Shown here: piece by piece, positions 50,176-63,448 of the stretch | How positions within the stretch are numbered: position 1 is the first letter of the stretch | How the letters are laid out: every line of letters starts with the position of its first letter | Assembly: GCA_002633005.1 (NCBI GenBank) | Contig: NMRA01000030.1 | Location: 1,572,453 to 1,636,452, forward strand | Direction: 5' to 3' | DNA from: Phoronis australis | Taxonomy: Eukaryota > Animalia > Phoronida | DNA: 64,000 bases | Notes under the pieces: model-generated | The model's input: only the letters and a program-made list of their open reading frames with translations | What the model was told of the DNA's origin: nothing | The model's database searches: none | Position numbers and translations under genes: made by a program

Positions 50176-51025
50176 CAGTGGCGGATCTAGGATATCACAA
50201 GGGGGGGCCCAACATTTTGTCTGAAAACATTTGCGCAAAGCACGATTAGATGCGCATAGCACCGAATGGGGGGAGGAAAATTTTTCTGTTTTTTCCTCTA
50301 AAAATCAAGCATTTTCCTTGATTCCTGAAGTATTATCCAAGAAAAAATGCAAAGAAAAAGAAAAGCAAAAAACGGAGAACGTGTCAAACATGAAAAAGCG
50401 CAAAAATCACAAACACGAACTCATGACCTGGCGGAGAGAGAGCTCGTGCTTTACTACTGCACCACCACGACTTTACTCGTGAGTTGATAATGAGAGACCT
50501 CCTTGTTTATGGTCCACAGCGTTTGCGCGCGAAACAAACTTCTTTTTGTATTGCTTAATACACTTTTTATATTTTGTGCAATCAGTTCGTAAAAAAATTG
50601 TTGTAATATAGTCTTCAATTGCCCAAGACACCAAATCCGTTTTTTGTGTTGGCATTAATGACGTAATTGCTTTGGAAATCGTCTAAGTTAAAGTTTGACA
50701 AAGAGAGAATTATGAGTTTCTGAGTGATTCACTAAGGCTTCGATTAAAATTCACATCTTACCAGCAGCTTCTGTTTTTTCATCGCCACTCAGATTCCATT
50801 TTCCTTAAAAATGAAGTAATTTTCTTCATTGCACAGTGAAGCAGACGACGGAAACGGAGTCTTAGTGCGCAGCGCCACTGCCGGTCGCCTGGGATATCGC
50901 GGGAGAGCCTATACTTAGCCACAGTTTCGTTACGATTGAGCCGTGCTCTGAATTTGACACATTGGATCTGAGCCNTTTTATTTTTTTGCGGCAGCCTTCT
51001 GACCCCCCCCCTCATTCCGCCTATG
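50176..51025. mobile_element. hAT5-like non-autonomous element
   Basis: CAGTGGCGGAT...ATTCCGCCTATG ends; 5-bp TSD GTTGT (50171-50175, 51026-51030). Confidence 0.75.
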
Positions 51026-51030
51026 GTTGT

Positions 51031-51273
51031 GTTTCACTGTTGCTTTGTTGGAGGTGTTTGGTTAGTGCATCGTTCGTGTACTTTTATTGCACGTCTCCCC
51101 GTTTTTCTCCTTCATTCAAGTCGTGCACTGTTTTCAGCATCCCAACTTGTTTCCTTTGTTGATACCTTAGCTTTTCTGTTACCAAGTATGCCTCGTACCT
51201 TTCAGGACCAGCTTTCGTCCTTTCTCAACTTTTTCTCATTGCCTCAGCATTGGATTTCGTATTACCTACCATT
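51031..51273 (-). pseudogene. N-terminal remnant of the Sola-like transposase
   Basis: MVGNTKSNAEAMRKS*ERTKAGPERYEAYLVTEKLRYQQRKQ...DLNEGEKR, a charged N-terminus typical of such transposases; separated from the main part by the two 5-bp-TSD insertions. Confidence 0.55.
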
Positions 51274-51389
51274 ATGTTTAACTTCAAGATAAAACAGAAT
51301 GAAATAACAAGAGCAAACCACACCTTTGAAATCAGTGAAGTCGATAAGCTTATACGAGTGTTAATTGATATCACTAGAACATGAAAGTC

Positions 51390-52049
51390 TGTCAGAAGTG
51401 GACTGACACTGTTCTTAGTTTAATTAACCTGTTCTATTGTTCTGATTGTGTTCTAGCAGATAGTTATTCATTGGCATGACCCCCGAGGTCAGGACAGCGA
51501 TGATGTAATTTGTTTTCCAAAGAATAGTTTTGAACATTCTAGAAGAATCTAGCATGTGAGTGATCAATGTAATCAGTAACATTCCAGAGCCTAGGATATG
51601 TTTGTAGAATGATTGGGTAGATTTGGGAAAGTTCTAGAATGTGCTTGAATTGATGAAAATTTCTAGAACATTCTATAGATACCAAAGCACAGATGTGTGA
51701 CAGTTAGTTGAAAGTTAGCAATAAGAGAGTTACAGTTAAGTTGCAGTGAAGACAATCAGCAATTACAGCGATAGCCAATGGAGACCCAGCTTTTGAGACA
51801 GCAAGTTATTGAGTCAAAGAGTGCCAACAGTTGCCGGAAGTGTCTCAAAAGTTCATCATAAGTCAAGGCTTCGCAGCACTGGTTGGAGCATGAAATGGAC
51901 ATTACTCGGACGTTTTGTTTGACTGGACTTGTGAACGTACGGTCGAGATTAATAACTCGAATCAGTATTCAGTCTATCGCCGCACTGAAAGCTATTAGCA
52001 CCGGGCGGTATCAACCTGCACCCACCCACACACGGGGAAAGACGTGGCA
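51390..52049. mobile_element. Possible solo LTR
   Basis: TGTCA...TGGCA termini, ~660 bp, recurrent TTCTAG(AA) motifs; TSD not convincing. Confidence 0.35.
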
Positions 52050-52247
52050 CAGTAAAAAATTGCCTGCCTGGGTCTCAAGTCTGTTTTTTTTTTGTATTGT
52101 CAAATCTGTATCCAAATCAGTTCTGTCCAATATTCCGGTTTGTAAGGATGTCTTTGAGTGAAAGTGATACATTTATTATGGGTACATGTACCTGATTCAA
52201 GGAGAAAGGATGGGGCGGAAGAAAAATCGCAAGGGAGTTACCAGGAA

Positions 52248-52610
52248 AACGGTGGGTCATGTGACTGTAAATAGACTTATTACTAAAATACGCAACACAG
52301 GGTTTGTCGCGCAAAAGTGGCAGTGGGAAACTAAAGACATGTTTGAAAGAAAACGAGGATCGTATTGAGGAACGGATTCAATCCCAGGAGGACATCCCGG
52401 CCCCACATGTCCCAGAGAGAAGTCGCAAGGGATTTACAAGTGAGCAAGTCATCAGTGCAAAGAATGGCGAAAAAACTGGAGTTAAAACCCTTCAAACGAC
52501 TGTGGGTATCACGGAGAGATCAAAATACTAGAAAGAAAAGGAAAACTCGATGCTGCTACTTGCATCACCGCTGTTCAGCCACTGATGTGAAAAGAATCAC
52601 TTTCAAAGAC
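52248..52610 (+). pseudogene. Tc1/mariner-type transposase N-terminal (HTH) remnant
   Basis: Across frameshifts: TVNRLITKIRNTGFVA / RKSGSGK...ENEDRIEE / SQREVARDLQVSKSSVQRMAKKLELKPFK. Confidence 0.65.
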
Positions 52611-53100
52611 TTAACGGCTAGAAATTGCTAAGGCTGTTTTCAGACTAGTTATATCACCAATAACGTCACTTAAAAAAATATCGAAATATCTGTGAAACGT
52701 ACAGAGCGTAAAATTCCATAATTTTACTAGTTTACTAACACGCCTTGAAGTCTGCTGCGACAGGCTCTTTCTCTCGTTCGTTTTTACGCATTTAGTTGAT
52801 CTGGATTGCAACTGCTCAAGCACATCGTAAAACCATTTTGTTCACAACCAATGTTTGTCCGGCTATTGTTGTATTAACACGTGACCGCGCCCTAGTTGGT
52901 TGCTTAATTAATGTCAGATCATTAGACAACGTCACTTCGACGTATTTGTCATCTTCCTTACCCAAAAGAAAATAGTGACAAACAAAATGACTATACAAAG
53001 CAAACTCGTACCCCCCAAGGTAAAAGTGCTGAGCTTCCAGTGAAACCCTGTTTTGACATTTAAGAAAATAACTCATGCTTATATTGCTTACATGTATATG

Positions 53101-53260
53101 CAAGGGCGGATCCAGGATTTTGAGTTGGGGGGGGGAGCAGGGCAGAGTATTAGCCAGGATTTTGCCCGTCAAACATTGGCACCCCAGAACTGCCAAATGG
53201 AATTTGGGATAATTTTAGGGGGTACGGCACCCCCTTGGCCCCCCTCTAAATCCGCCAAAG
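53101..53260. mobile_element. hAT5-like MITE
   Basis: CAAGGGCGGATCCAGG...CTAAATCCGCCAAAG ends; 5-bp TSD ATATG. Confidence 0.7.
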
Positions 53261-56200
53261 ATATGAGACACAGTATCGTATTTACATGACTATGTAGGAT
53301 TCTGTAAGATCGTTAACACCACCAGCAAGAGTGCAACATGCCCATTAAGAAAACATAAAAGTGTAGACCATGTTGTATTGGATTTAACACAAAAATGCAA
53401 AAAATCAAAGTGATCCTTAACTGTAATTGAAGAATGGAACAAAAGGTAAAATATTAAATACCTATGTCCTACGACGAAAATACATCTCACAACTACAGTT
53501 CCATTTTGATTTGAGCCATTGCAGTGATTAGTAAACTAGTGCAATGGCCAGTCATTGGTACTCAAACAATACAGCTGACACTCGCCAGTCAATGTTCAAC
53601 ATACAAGGCATAGTTAAGGGACAAAACATTAAAAATTAAATTGCAACTTGCATGGTCCAAAATGCATAAATAATAAAACACACTGATAAGCATGTCCACT
53701 GTGTTCTGCTACATAAAGTTAAAGCAACGTCCAATACTGTTGGATTGCATGTCAGTAAGACAATATAAAAATAACTCTAAGATGAGTGCTACAGAATGGC
53801 ACAAAATGCACTAGGCCTGCAGACTTACTTGTGCACAAACTATATCTAACTTTGCAACTAGCTATACAGAGCGAATTAATTATCACCATGATGCATGAAC
53901 AACAGTACAAATACATTTACAATTAGAAATTCAGTACCCTCAGCTCAGTAAAGCAATGTTTTGGTAACAGAAAGATTACACACCTCTTAATACATACACA
54001 ATTTTGCCTTCAAAATAACTTTAAAAAAGCCAGGATTCAAAAAATAAAAGTTTATATCCCACATGGTTCACAATACAAGGCAAATGTCCAATAAATTTAG
54101 AGAACAACAAACAATCCGCACTATTGTAATCCCAATTTACAATTATCTGGCTGCATTTTGCTTTCTCACATTCACCCTCTCCAATGATTCGACTGTCATC
54201 GTCACCCTGTACCATGACTGCCGTGTCATAGTGAACTTCTCAGCTACAGACCAGTGCAATAAAAATTTACCTCGTTTTATAGATACATTTCAAAGGGACT
54301 GAACACTCAACAGTTATAACATATCCACAAACATACTGAATAATCGACTTTATCTACATCATATGGAAAATTTATAACTATGGCAATAGCAGACTGTTTA
54401 ATTTCCAAACAAAATGCACCATTTTCATGGCACTGTAAATTCACAGCCATTCACAACATCTCCATGAATCACAAATAATCTGCAAATGAATGACACTGAA
54501 AACAAATGGAATGACTTTCATTCATCCAATCACAACACTAGCAAGTTAAACAGATAAAGCCTACAAGCAACTGGACATACATAGCACCAGATATATGCAT
54601 CAACTGAGATTTTTTTCAGCTTACAAAGCAGAGTCTAAAATGTAATTATCACAAAACTGAGACAATCAACCCACAAATGCTTAATAAAAATTCCAATGTC
54701 CTCATCATAACTCAAGTGATGATGCAACTCTCACCAATTTATATGGATGGCCCTCCATAAGGACATGGGGAGGTCAAGTACATAGTTTTGTCCTACACAT
54801 GTGACTCAAGTCATAAAACCTTTATTATTTGCAACTTGGGAGAATTGCGTTAATTTCATACCTCAATAGGATTGGAATAGACTGGGTTTCGTGACCTGTT
54901 GGAAGAAAGAGAACTGTTTGATACATTACAGAGTGCTATCACACTGGCTAGAGTTTAGAAGACCCTGTCTTACATATAGCACCTACTGACGTAGCTACAG
55001 TTCTTGGTGTCTAAGACTTGACCAGCTATGGGAGCTCCTTGTGACAAGGAACAGATGCCTAACATAGCCCCGTTTATATGCAACACTTTTTACACCCACA
55101 TGTAAATGCACATCATATGGAAATATTACACATAGTATAAATGTGAATTTGCATCGCATGGTATGGGGACAAAAAGAAAAGCGATATTTGCAATAGGCCA
55201 TGAGATGGAAATATAATTATGGTTACTGAACTGGATAACCACATAAGTATAAGCTCTCCAGAGTTCTGAAACAACACTTTTCCTATTCACAACATACTTT
55301 AAGAGAAATTTGCAACGTAATAAGCAATTATTGCTCATCACATAAGATTTCCATAAATAATAATCATTTGGTAATTATTTGAATACTGAACTTGGGAATT
55401 TTCAATTGCATTGGTATCGATTAAATCTGCATTTCAATTGCTACGCCCAAAATACTGTTCGCATTTTTTATTTAAACAAAAATACATCAATTCTTCTCCT
55501 ACTCAGCACACAATGTAACAGACGAGTGAAATTATATTTGGTCAAAATTTTCCACAAAAGCCTACATTAAGAAATGTTTAGTCTATAATTAACTTGGTTT
55601 GCACTGTCACATAACAATATGAGGTAAGGCTCACATTAACTGCACCAAGATAATCAGCATTTGACAAATATTTTTGTGCAAAACAAGAAGTTCCCGCATT
55701 TAATTATTCTTTCTTTGCTGTTTGAAAACAAAGATGCTTCGCAAAGTGAACCAAAAAAGTTGTCCTGGAAAAGACATAAGTAAACCTATTGCATCTGTTC
55801 CACATGGTGGTTATCCTGTATCCAGCAAAACCTTGGCATGTAATAGTCATGAAACTTTCACCCAGTTAGCATCAGCATTTCAATAAAAACCTTCCAAAGC
55901 ATGCTGGTTGACGGGGTTTGCTTTTGGAAGCTTGAAGGAAAAGTGATGTTGCTTGATCACAGATATAATGTTGTAATGACACTTGTCGCCAAGCCATTCT
56001 GCATTTACATCTGTACATGAATTTAAATCTCGTTCACATCTGTCATGTATATTATTTGCATAAGTGTAAATTTACATTTACATGACCTCCGAAGGTGGTG
56101 TAAATGACACCCAAGAGCAGCACTGCACAAACGTGTATTAGCATTTACATGACATAAATACATAATACGTAAAAATACATATCATACGGAAAATACATTT

Positions 56201-56271
56201 GGGTGTAAATACACACTATGGTGTAAAACAGTATCACATAAACCAGGATTTAGGCTCAAATTTACCCCCAT

Positions 56272-56422
56272 CTAGAACACAAGCACCATGCCATCTGGGC
56301 TCTTCCTAAATACTGGTGTGCTGTCACTTCCTTTCTCCACAGACAGGTTGCGCTGCTTGTCACCAAGCATGCATGTGATTGATCCATTCTTCACAATAAC
56401 TCGCAGGTTACGCTTCTGAGTC
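56272..56422 (-). CDS. Myo1d: Unconventional myosin I (Myo1D-like), last exon, end of TH1 tail
   Basis: tttctcag| acceptor, phase 2; TQKRNLRVIVKNGSITCMLGDK...FRKSPDGMVLVF*. Confidence 0.85.
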
Positions 56423-57615
56423 CTGAGAAATAGAAAATTCACAAACTGATGTCCACATAAAGGCAACTTAACTAAACTCAGTGATCTAGCACAGCTATTA
56501 ATTAGTTGAAGTGGCAAGTTACAAAGATTATGTATTGTCTACATAGACACCATTGAGTCACACATTTATATCAAAATAATTGCAATGAATACAGCCCTAA
56601 TATTAACTAAAGGTAAACATGTCATGTTCAAGTTAACAAGACAATGAAAGTTATGTCTTTTGACACATTAGTGAATATCAGTTAGTACGTACTAATCACA
56701 CTATGCATGTTGTATGTTCAGGTGTGCTGTGAATTCAGTTGTAGCGTATCAACATTGAAATAAGGTTGTTGCTTTTTTCAGAAATCTTTTTAAAGGAGAT
56801 TTTATGTAAACCCACCAGATTCCCCAATACTGTTACTATTACGTGGAGACACATGACGTAGGTCAGCGGTGAGTCTCGTGTTTCAATTTTTCATTTGTCA
56901 AGAAAAATAATAGGAAGTGTTGAAATAAGGCGTGTTGACACTCGTGTTCCATAACTGAAAAGTGTCTGGGGTGGAACTGCTCAGGGCTATTTTGATCTTA
57001 AACTGTCTCTTAGCTGAAAGTTACACATTGGGTCCCCGAAATCATGCTAATAGCTAAAGAGATAAAAGACCTGGTTTTAACAGATATAAACAACAACTCT
57101 CCCCATTCAGTTCTCTAAAACAAAATAGTGCTATGTTATCTCCTCAATTCTCAAAAGCTTGGAGTAATTTAACAAAAATCTAACAAACTCTGTCAAACGA
57201 TGACCTAAGGTAGGTGACTTATGTGTCAACTGTAAGGAAAGACCACCCACTGTGAGCATGACCTGCTATTTGTTGAATCCTGCATTTATCAATCAAGTGA
57301 GATGCCAATGGTGCATTAGCTTAGGCAGAATGAAGATTTGGTAGAAATCACCAAAAGAGGATTCAGTATATGTTCCGATGATTATCGCTATCTGTTTTCA
57401 TTTTTGCCAATTAAATTTCCTGAATAAATCCAAACAAACATCTTGCCTTTTCTGTTTTTAACAAATGGTAGCCTACCTAAAAACTACGAACAATTTATTG
57501 TGAAGGGAAAGTTTTGGGCAAAATGAAAAGTAACACTAGTCATGAGAAATCTAGTCTCTTAAGACCACTGCTTTATTTAAATGATGGTGTAATCATTAGA
57601 ACCACTAAAGCCTAC

Positions 57616-57767
57616 CTTTGCCACAGCCTGTTGAGGACTCCGACCAGCTCACCCACCCTATCACCATTGTCTTGCTTGCCACAGATACAGAAGACAAGAT
57701 CATTGCCTCCCTGCAGATGGACGATCACTAACTGATCTGGTCCTCCCGTTACACTCACACCAGTCAT
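57616..57767 (-). CDS. Myo1d: Myo1D-like, TH1 exon
   Basis: MTGVSVTGGPDQLVIVHLQGGNDLVFCICG...DRVGELVGVL; canonical splice sites; 152 nt. Confidence 0.88.
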
Positions 57768-57797
57768 CTGGAGGTGGAGACAGCCAATAAACTGACC

Positions 57798-58554
57798 AGT
57801 TTCTGGTTTGCATGCATTTCAAAATAATAAATTTCAAAATTGCGGAAAACATGACACATTTCCCAGGAGTTCCTAAAAAGTGAATGACTCCCAAACCTCA
57901 AAGAAAAGTACTTTGGTCAGTTTTTTAATTTAAATATATTTGCTGAGTATTGACATTCTGTGCCCCTTTAAAGAGAATGTCATTTGCTACTGCAGGATAG
58001 ACATGCATGGAGAAGTCTGCATGTCTGTCTGTATGGATGATTGAACCTCTGTAGGTATAGAGTTAATTGGAAACAATGGCTAGAATATGTCTAAGCTTAC
58101 GTTTGTAATAGGAATCCCAGGACCCATGGCTTTGAACTTTTTCAAGTTTAACTTATAGATGAACTTGTCTGTGAANAGTTTCTGGTTTGCATGCATTTCA
58201 AAATAATAAATTTCAAAATTGCGGAAAACATGACACATTTCCCAGGAGTTCCTAAAAAGTGAATGACTCCCAAACCTTAAAGAAAAATACTTTGGTCAGT
58301 TTTTTAATTTAAATATATTTGCTGAGTATTGACATTCTGTGCCCCTTTAAAGAGAATGTCATTTGCTACTGCAGGATAGACATGCATGGAGAAGTCTGCA
58401 TGTCTGTCTGTATGGATGATTGAACCTCTGTAGGTATAGAGTTAATTGGAAACAATGGCTAGAATATGTCTAAGCTTACGTTTGTAATAGGAATCCCAGG
58501 ACCCATGGCTTTGAACTTTTTCAAGTTTAACTTATAGATGAACTTGTCTGTGAA
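57798..58554. repeat. 378-bp tandem duplication either side of an N (probable assembly artefact)
   Basis: 57798-58175 and 58177-58554 are near-identical (two substitutions seen), separated by a single N at 58176. Confidence 0.85.
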
Positions 58555-58593
58555 CATAAGAGCTCTGTCTGCCGATTTGCTATGCTTGTTCAC
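58480..58593 (-). CDS. Myo1d: Myo1D-like, TH1 exon (PH-like K-x-R signature)
   Basis: VNKHSKSADRALMFTDKFIYKLNLKKFKAMGPGIPITN; 114 nt, phase 0-0. Confidence 0.88.
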
Positions 58594-59578
58594 CTGAAAT
58601 GCACAACACATGTCAATCAAAAGCTACACAACTGCCAGATGATAGTCTAGTTTCATCCTAAGAGACACGTCCGTGTCAGATTTGGCCAGTAGGCATACTG
58701 GTGCCACCTTTTTTCAACATTAAGGTTAATATGTAGAACCTTATCAACAAGCCTGTGTACTTAGCCATCTACAAAACTATTGATTTGTCTGTAAAAGAGC
58801 GTAAACATTTTGTCTCTAATAGTTCATACGGCCACTTTTGTGTCTATTAATTTGAACACGAAGCTGTCAAGGAAACAATAGTTCGTACTGTGGTGTACGG
58901 ACTGTAACACAAATCACTAATCATTTTGTAAAAGTAGAAAGCTTGTAGAATTTGATGTTTAACTTTTTATCAATTTGTCATTAATTTCCTTATGAGATTT
59001 TTAAATGATCATTTCATTATCACTTCATACAAATTTCGTTTTTTTTTTGAAAATCATTAAGTCCAATTTTTGATAGCCCTTCATTCAAAACTGGAAGATT
59101 TTAAAAACAATTAATAATCATTCCCAACAGCGTCTTAGAGAACAGTGCATAAAGTATAGTATTCAAAAGTTTCATATGAATCTGATCAGACATTTTTGAG
59201 ATGTGATGTTCCAAATATTGCCAAATTTGGACATTTTAGGGTCCTAAATAACCATAAGAAACAAAAAAGCTTCATTTAAGAGAAAAATGGTTTTCAAAAT
59301 CGCATTGACATTTCTCATGCATATCAGCACTGTATATTCATGAGAAATACGTGACACCCATGAACTGTCATTTGACTAAGAGGTCCCCGAGAGGGCCCCT
59401 GACCATAATTTAGAACAAGTAACACATAATCCCTAACAACTCCTAAAAACAGAATGCTGATGTCACTGTTATGTTGCTATCACATTTTTATTTAGGTTGT
59501 GCTCAGAGCGAAGTGCATTTTATAAATGGATGCATTACAGACTGATGGAAGTAGTATTCAAGAAAGCATGAACTGTAC

Positions 59579-59680
59579 CTTCTTAATGAGACATGAGAAG
59601 AGGACTTTACTAAAGCTATCCTTGGCCTTTAAACGGTTGCACTCTGTGACATAATCCAGTGTGCTGGAATTCTCACTGCC
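59579..59680 (-). CDS. Myo1d: Myo1D-like, TH1 exon
   Basis: GSENSSTLDYVTECNRLKAKDSFSKVLFSCLIKK; 102 nt, phase 0-0. Confidence 0.85.
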
Positions 59681-60087
59681 CTGAAATAGGAAACATATGC
59701 AAAAGATCATATAAACAAACTTGTACTAACTAGTGATGACTTCCCATCCAAAGCACAATACCATTCAACAATGATGACAACTGTGTCACACAATTACCAC
59801 TCAGATGGACAATGTCAGCAGGTAATATTAAGTTGTGTAAAGACAATCCAGATACGACAACTGTTGCCAAAACCTGTCCAGCTGCTCACACAGTACAGTG
59901 TTCCACAAGTCAGTGAACACTGGTCTTCATAATTATCCACTTGTCAAGAAAAAAACACCAGAATATGATAAAGGTCAAAAATGTGAATTCAAAATCATCC
60001 TAGTCACAATTTTCTTACACATACGACATCTTCAACCGAAACAATTTGCATTTTATAAAAGTTTTTTTACACAATGGTATTACTCAC

Positions 60088-60232
60088 AATGTTGAGGTAG
60101 TTACCCTCCCATTGGCGACTGTAGCCCCAGTCCTGCCTTTTGCCAGTTAGCACTTCACCAGCACAGATCTTGAGACGGAACATAGGCCAGGTATCACGGG
60201 GGACACCGCGAAGGATCATGTTGGCGCGCCAC
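60088..60232 (-). CDS. Myo1d: Myo1D-like, post-IQ/TH1 exon
   Basis: WRANMILRGVP...GKRQDWGYSRQWEGNYLNI; 145 nt. Confidence 0.9.
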
Positions 60233-60755
60233 CTGGAGGCAAAACACTAGAATGAATGTCCACAAGGATGGAAACAACTTGACCGTACAAATTATTTCAC
60301 AGGAGGCCAAGACTGTTACTCCACTATTATAGAACAAATATCACGCAGTTTTATAATTCTGTCACCGTGATCATGTGCCATTGAACCATTATTGTTCATC
60401 AGCAGGGTGACACTCGTATTTGTTTTCATTTTCCACACGTTTTCAAGGAGTTATTCAGGATAAACTACTCATTTTCCATCACTTATTTTCTCATTGATTG
60501 TTGTCAAGCATAACTGCATGCAAAAAACTCATGTCATGACTCGATAAAATGAGTTTTCTCATTGCTTTTTTAGTTTTTACGCCGTTTCCTTTTTCCCATC
60601 CCTGACAACATTTTCCTATAATCATATTCCAGCAAGAGTGAGAACCAAAACTAGTTCATCAAAAAGAGAAACTTCCATGTTGTTGTCTATCATACAGAAT
60701 GAAGGGTTGAGGTTAGCTTTCTACAGGTTGGTTGCGAACGATTCTTTCTTGATAC

Positions 60756-60979
60756 CTCCTGTGTGCCTTCTTCAGTTCTTCCACAAGACCCTCAAGAACA
60801 GCTGGTGGTTTAGGCCACTCCAGGCTCTTGCCATAGTCAGCCATCCTGCGCACGTTCTTGAAAACTTCAACTATCTCCAGGATGTACTGACGCAACTTAT
60901 AGCGACGGAACCGTGCCATGATTCGGTAGATGGCTCGCATCCGCTTAGCACGTAGTCGTGCAGCACCCCCACGCCACAT
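60756..60979 (-). CDS. Myo1d: Myo1D-like, IQ-region exon
   Basis: MWRGGAARLRAKRMRAIYRIMARFRRYKLRQY...DYGKSLEWPKPP; 224 nt. Confidence 0.9.
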
Positions 60980-61494
60980 CTGCAGACAGCATTTATAAAG
61001 GAACTCATTAAGTCACCGCAGTCCCATCCACCTAACTTCTGCTTGTGCTAGGTACTGTGGAAATGTAGCAGCCAAAGTCCTCCTGAATTATAATGTTTAC
61101 AGTGAAAAGGTCTATTTCATAAAAAGGGACAAGGCTTAAGTCAGTCAGATTTTTTTTTCTACATCACATCGCAATTTCTCAATGAAGTTTGTGCACTGTA
61201 ATTGTAAGCAATCACAGCATAGCAAGAACTTATAAAAACTGTCTTTACAGTATGCTCAGCTGAGATTAAGGATTCAAAAGCAAATAGTTGTGCAGAGAGG
61301 AATTGCAGACAAAAGATCTTCAAACCACTTTTCAAAAAACTGGTTTTGAACTACTATCATAGTAAAGTTATTACTAGTTGATTTTTTTGTATAATAATTA
61401 CCCAAAATAAACTAGGATATCATTGCCTACTTGAAAGCAGAGCATATTGTAAGCACGTGTGAATAACTTATTTTGACATAATTGCACATACTAC

Positions 61495-61699
61495 CTTTTG
61501 CAAAAACACAACAATGGAGGGCACCACTTTGCCTCGCTCTTCCTCCAGTGTGAAGATAGTTTGTGGTGAGCGAATGAAGAGCTTGGTTTTGCCGAACTTG
61601 ACATCATCGAGAAGATTTTTGGCTTGTAGGAGGACCCGGATACCATCCTCCACAGAACCACTGTAATTTGGCCACGTCTGCTGAGATATGCACTTGTAC
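61495..61699 (-). CDS. Myo1d: Myo1D-like, converter exon
   Basis: YKCISQQTWPNY...FGKTKLFIRSPQTIFTLEE; 205 nt. Confidence 0.93.
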
Positions 61700-62728
61700 C
61701 TAGCACCAAAATACAGAAACGTCAAGTCCAATAGACATTCTCTGATATGGTGGCGACATGATGACACACCCCTTGTCTGAATTACCGATAACTTTTTATA
61801 AATTCTTTGCCAACTTCATACCATAAAACAATCACTGTTGTGTAGTGGAAAAGTCAACAATTTCAAACCATCCAGTTATCTAGTAATGAAGAATTTGTTC
61901 TAAACAACTCTGCCCGTTTTGCACACCTGAATAACAAACTTAGGCAAGCGAAAGAAGCTTCCACAATGTCACAATGCTAAAAATTTTCAAGTTTAGTATT
62001 TCCTATAGGCATACAGAGGTTGTCTTAAATAAATTGTTTTTCACTTGGGAGACAATTATCATTTTTATTAAAGAGTATACTCCGAGTGTTAACAAAGTTT
62101 TTTGCAAATTCAATGTTCATTGAAAGCCTGATAGGAAATAGTAAATAGGTCATCACCACAGCTGCAGGGTCACTGAGCTCTGCATGTTATTCAGAGAACC
62201 AGCAGCATGCAGGTCCTGAATGGCCAATGACTCTTTAATGTAAAGTGAATCCTTTACAGGTTCTTTACAGATTATAGAGAACATCCCACCTCAGACAAAA
62301 GCAATGCCTAGACATTATGTCAGTAACTATCACCAAGCTAATTCAGTCGGTGTTAACTACAAAGAACCTGCTCAGTGACACTACAGCTATGGTGATGACT
62401 CATTTACTATTTCCTGTCGTTAATGTTCCACCCATTTCACTTCATGGATGTAACCAGACTCGTACGTTGTCACTTGATGACTGACTGCCTGTATCCTGAT
62501 GATGTCTAATGAATAGAGGAAATGTCAAATTAGTATGAACCTTTTCGTTTGTGCGGCGATTGTCAGTTTTTGATTTTATTATGCCCAAAAAGTGATGTAA
62601 TTAATTTAAAATCTTCTCCTGTTTCCAAAATCATCTCAGTTTCTGCAAGTCAAATGTTTGTATGAATTCACATTTTTATGTGCAGAACACAGTCTCCAAT
62701 ATGCACTTGATGGACAGTGTCAACTCAC

Positions 62729-62895
62729 CTGTCCAAAAACCTTTGGTAATGAATCCTATAGGCAAAGCCAGCCCTCCTCACTCTTACATTCTCCACAAGA
62801 CCAAGGTACAACACCTGGTGGCGACATCTCTCATCATTGAACAAAACTGGGGATTTCTCCTCGTTGGGCTTAATACAGCGCACATAGTGCGGCTC
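62729..62895 (-). CDS. Myo1d: Myo1D-like, motor domain exon
   Basis: [11 protein letters not shown]...[22 protein letters not shown]; 167 nt. Confidence 0.95.
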
Positions 62896-63315
62896 CTGAA
62901 GGGACAGAAGAGAGCATGGAGCATTAGTAGCTGTTGTAACTCACAGTTATTGTGCCTGGAGTTATAGTCTTAACAGATATCATAGTTACTGAAATTACTG
63001 GAGTTATAGCAGTTATTGTTAGTTCATGTCAGTATCTTCTGCTATGGAAAATGCCTTCCAGATAACATATTTTACTTCGCTAAGTTCTTAGAAAAGCGTT
63101 TTCCACAAACTACATCAAGGCCAAGATTGTGTTTTAAGTTTGCAATAAAAAATACAAACGCCTATTAACCATTAAAAATTTCACTCCAATGGGAAAGAGC
63201 ATTTCTTTTCTTTCACTGATGGACATTTGACATCTTTTAAAGCTTTTTTTTGAAAAATATGGATTGCGCTACTTCAAAATGGGTTTAATAAGAGAGCAAT
63301 TAAGAAGCTAGCTAC

Positions 63316-63448
63316 CTTTGATGCCAGCGTATCAACCAGTTCTATGATGGAGTTCTTGAAGTTGGTGCCCGCAGTTAGAGGGCGCTTAGTGACCTCCGTC
63401 ACATCTTGGGCACCCTCAGGCCACATACCACTGATCATTTCATTAGAA
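63316..63448 (-). CDS. Myo1d: Myo1D-like, motor domain exon (gene continues beyond window)
   Basis: [37 protein letters not shown], typical of Myo1D/G; 133 nt. Confidence 0.93.

Noticed and set aside
50400-50470. Minus-strand tRNA-like segment
   Set aside because: Only weak A/B boxes and no cloverleaf; not called as a tRNA.
57798-58554. Apparent tandem duplication of part of a myosin exon (alternative exon?)
   Set aside because: Copies meet exactly at an N, differ by only two seen substitutions, and the first lacks the acceptor end; best explained as an unmerged contig or haplotype overlap.
62072-62234. TTAA-AGAGT...ACTCT-TTAA mini element
   Set aside because: Only a 5-bp TIR; could be chance.
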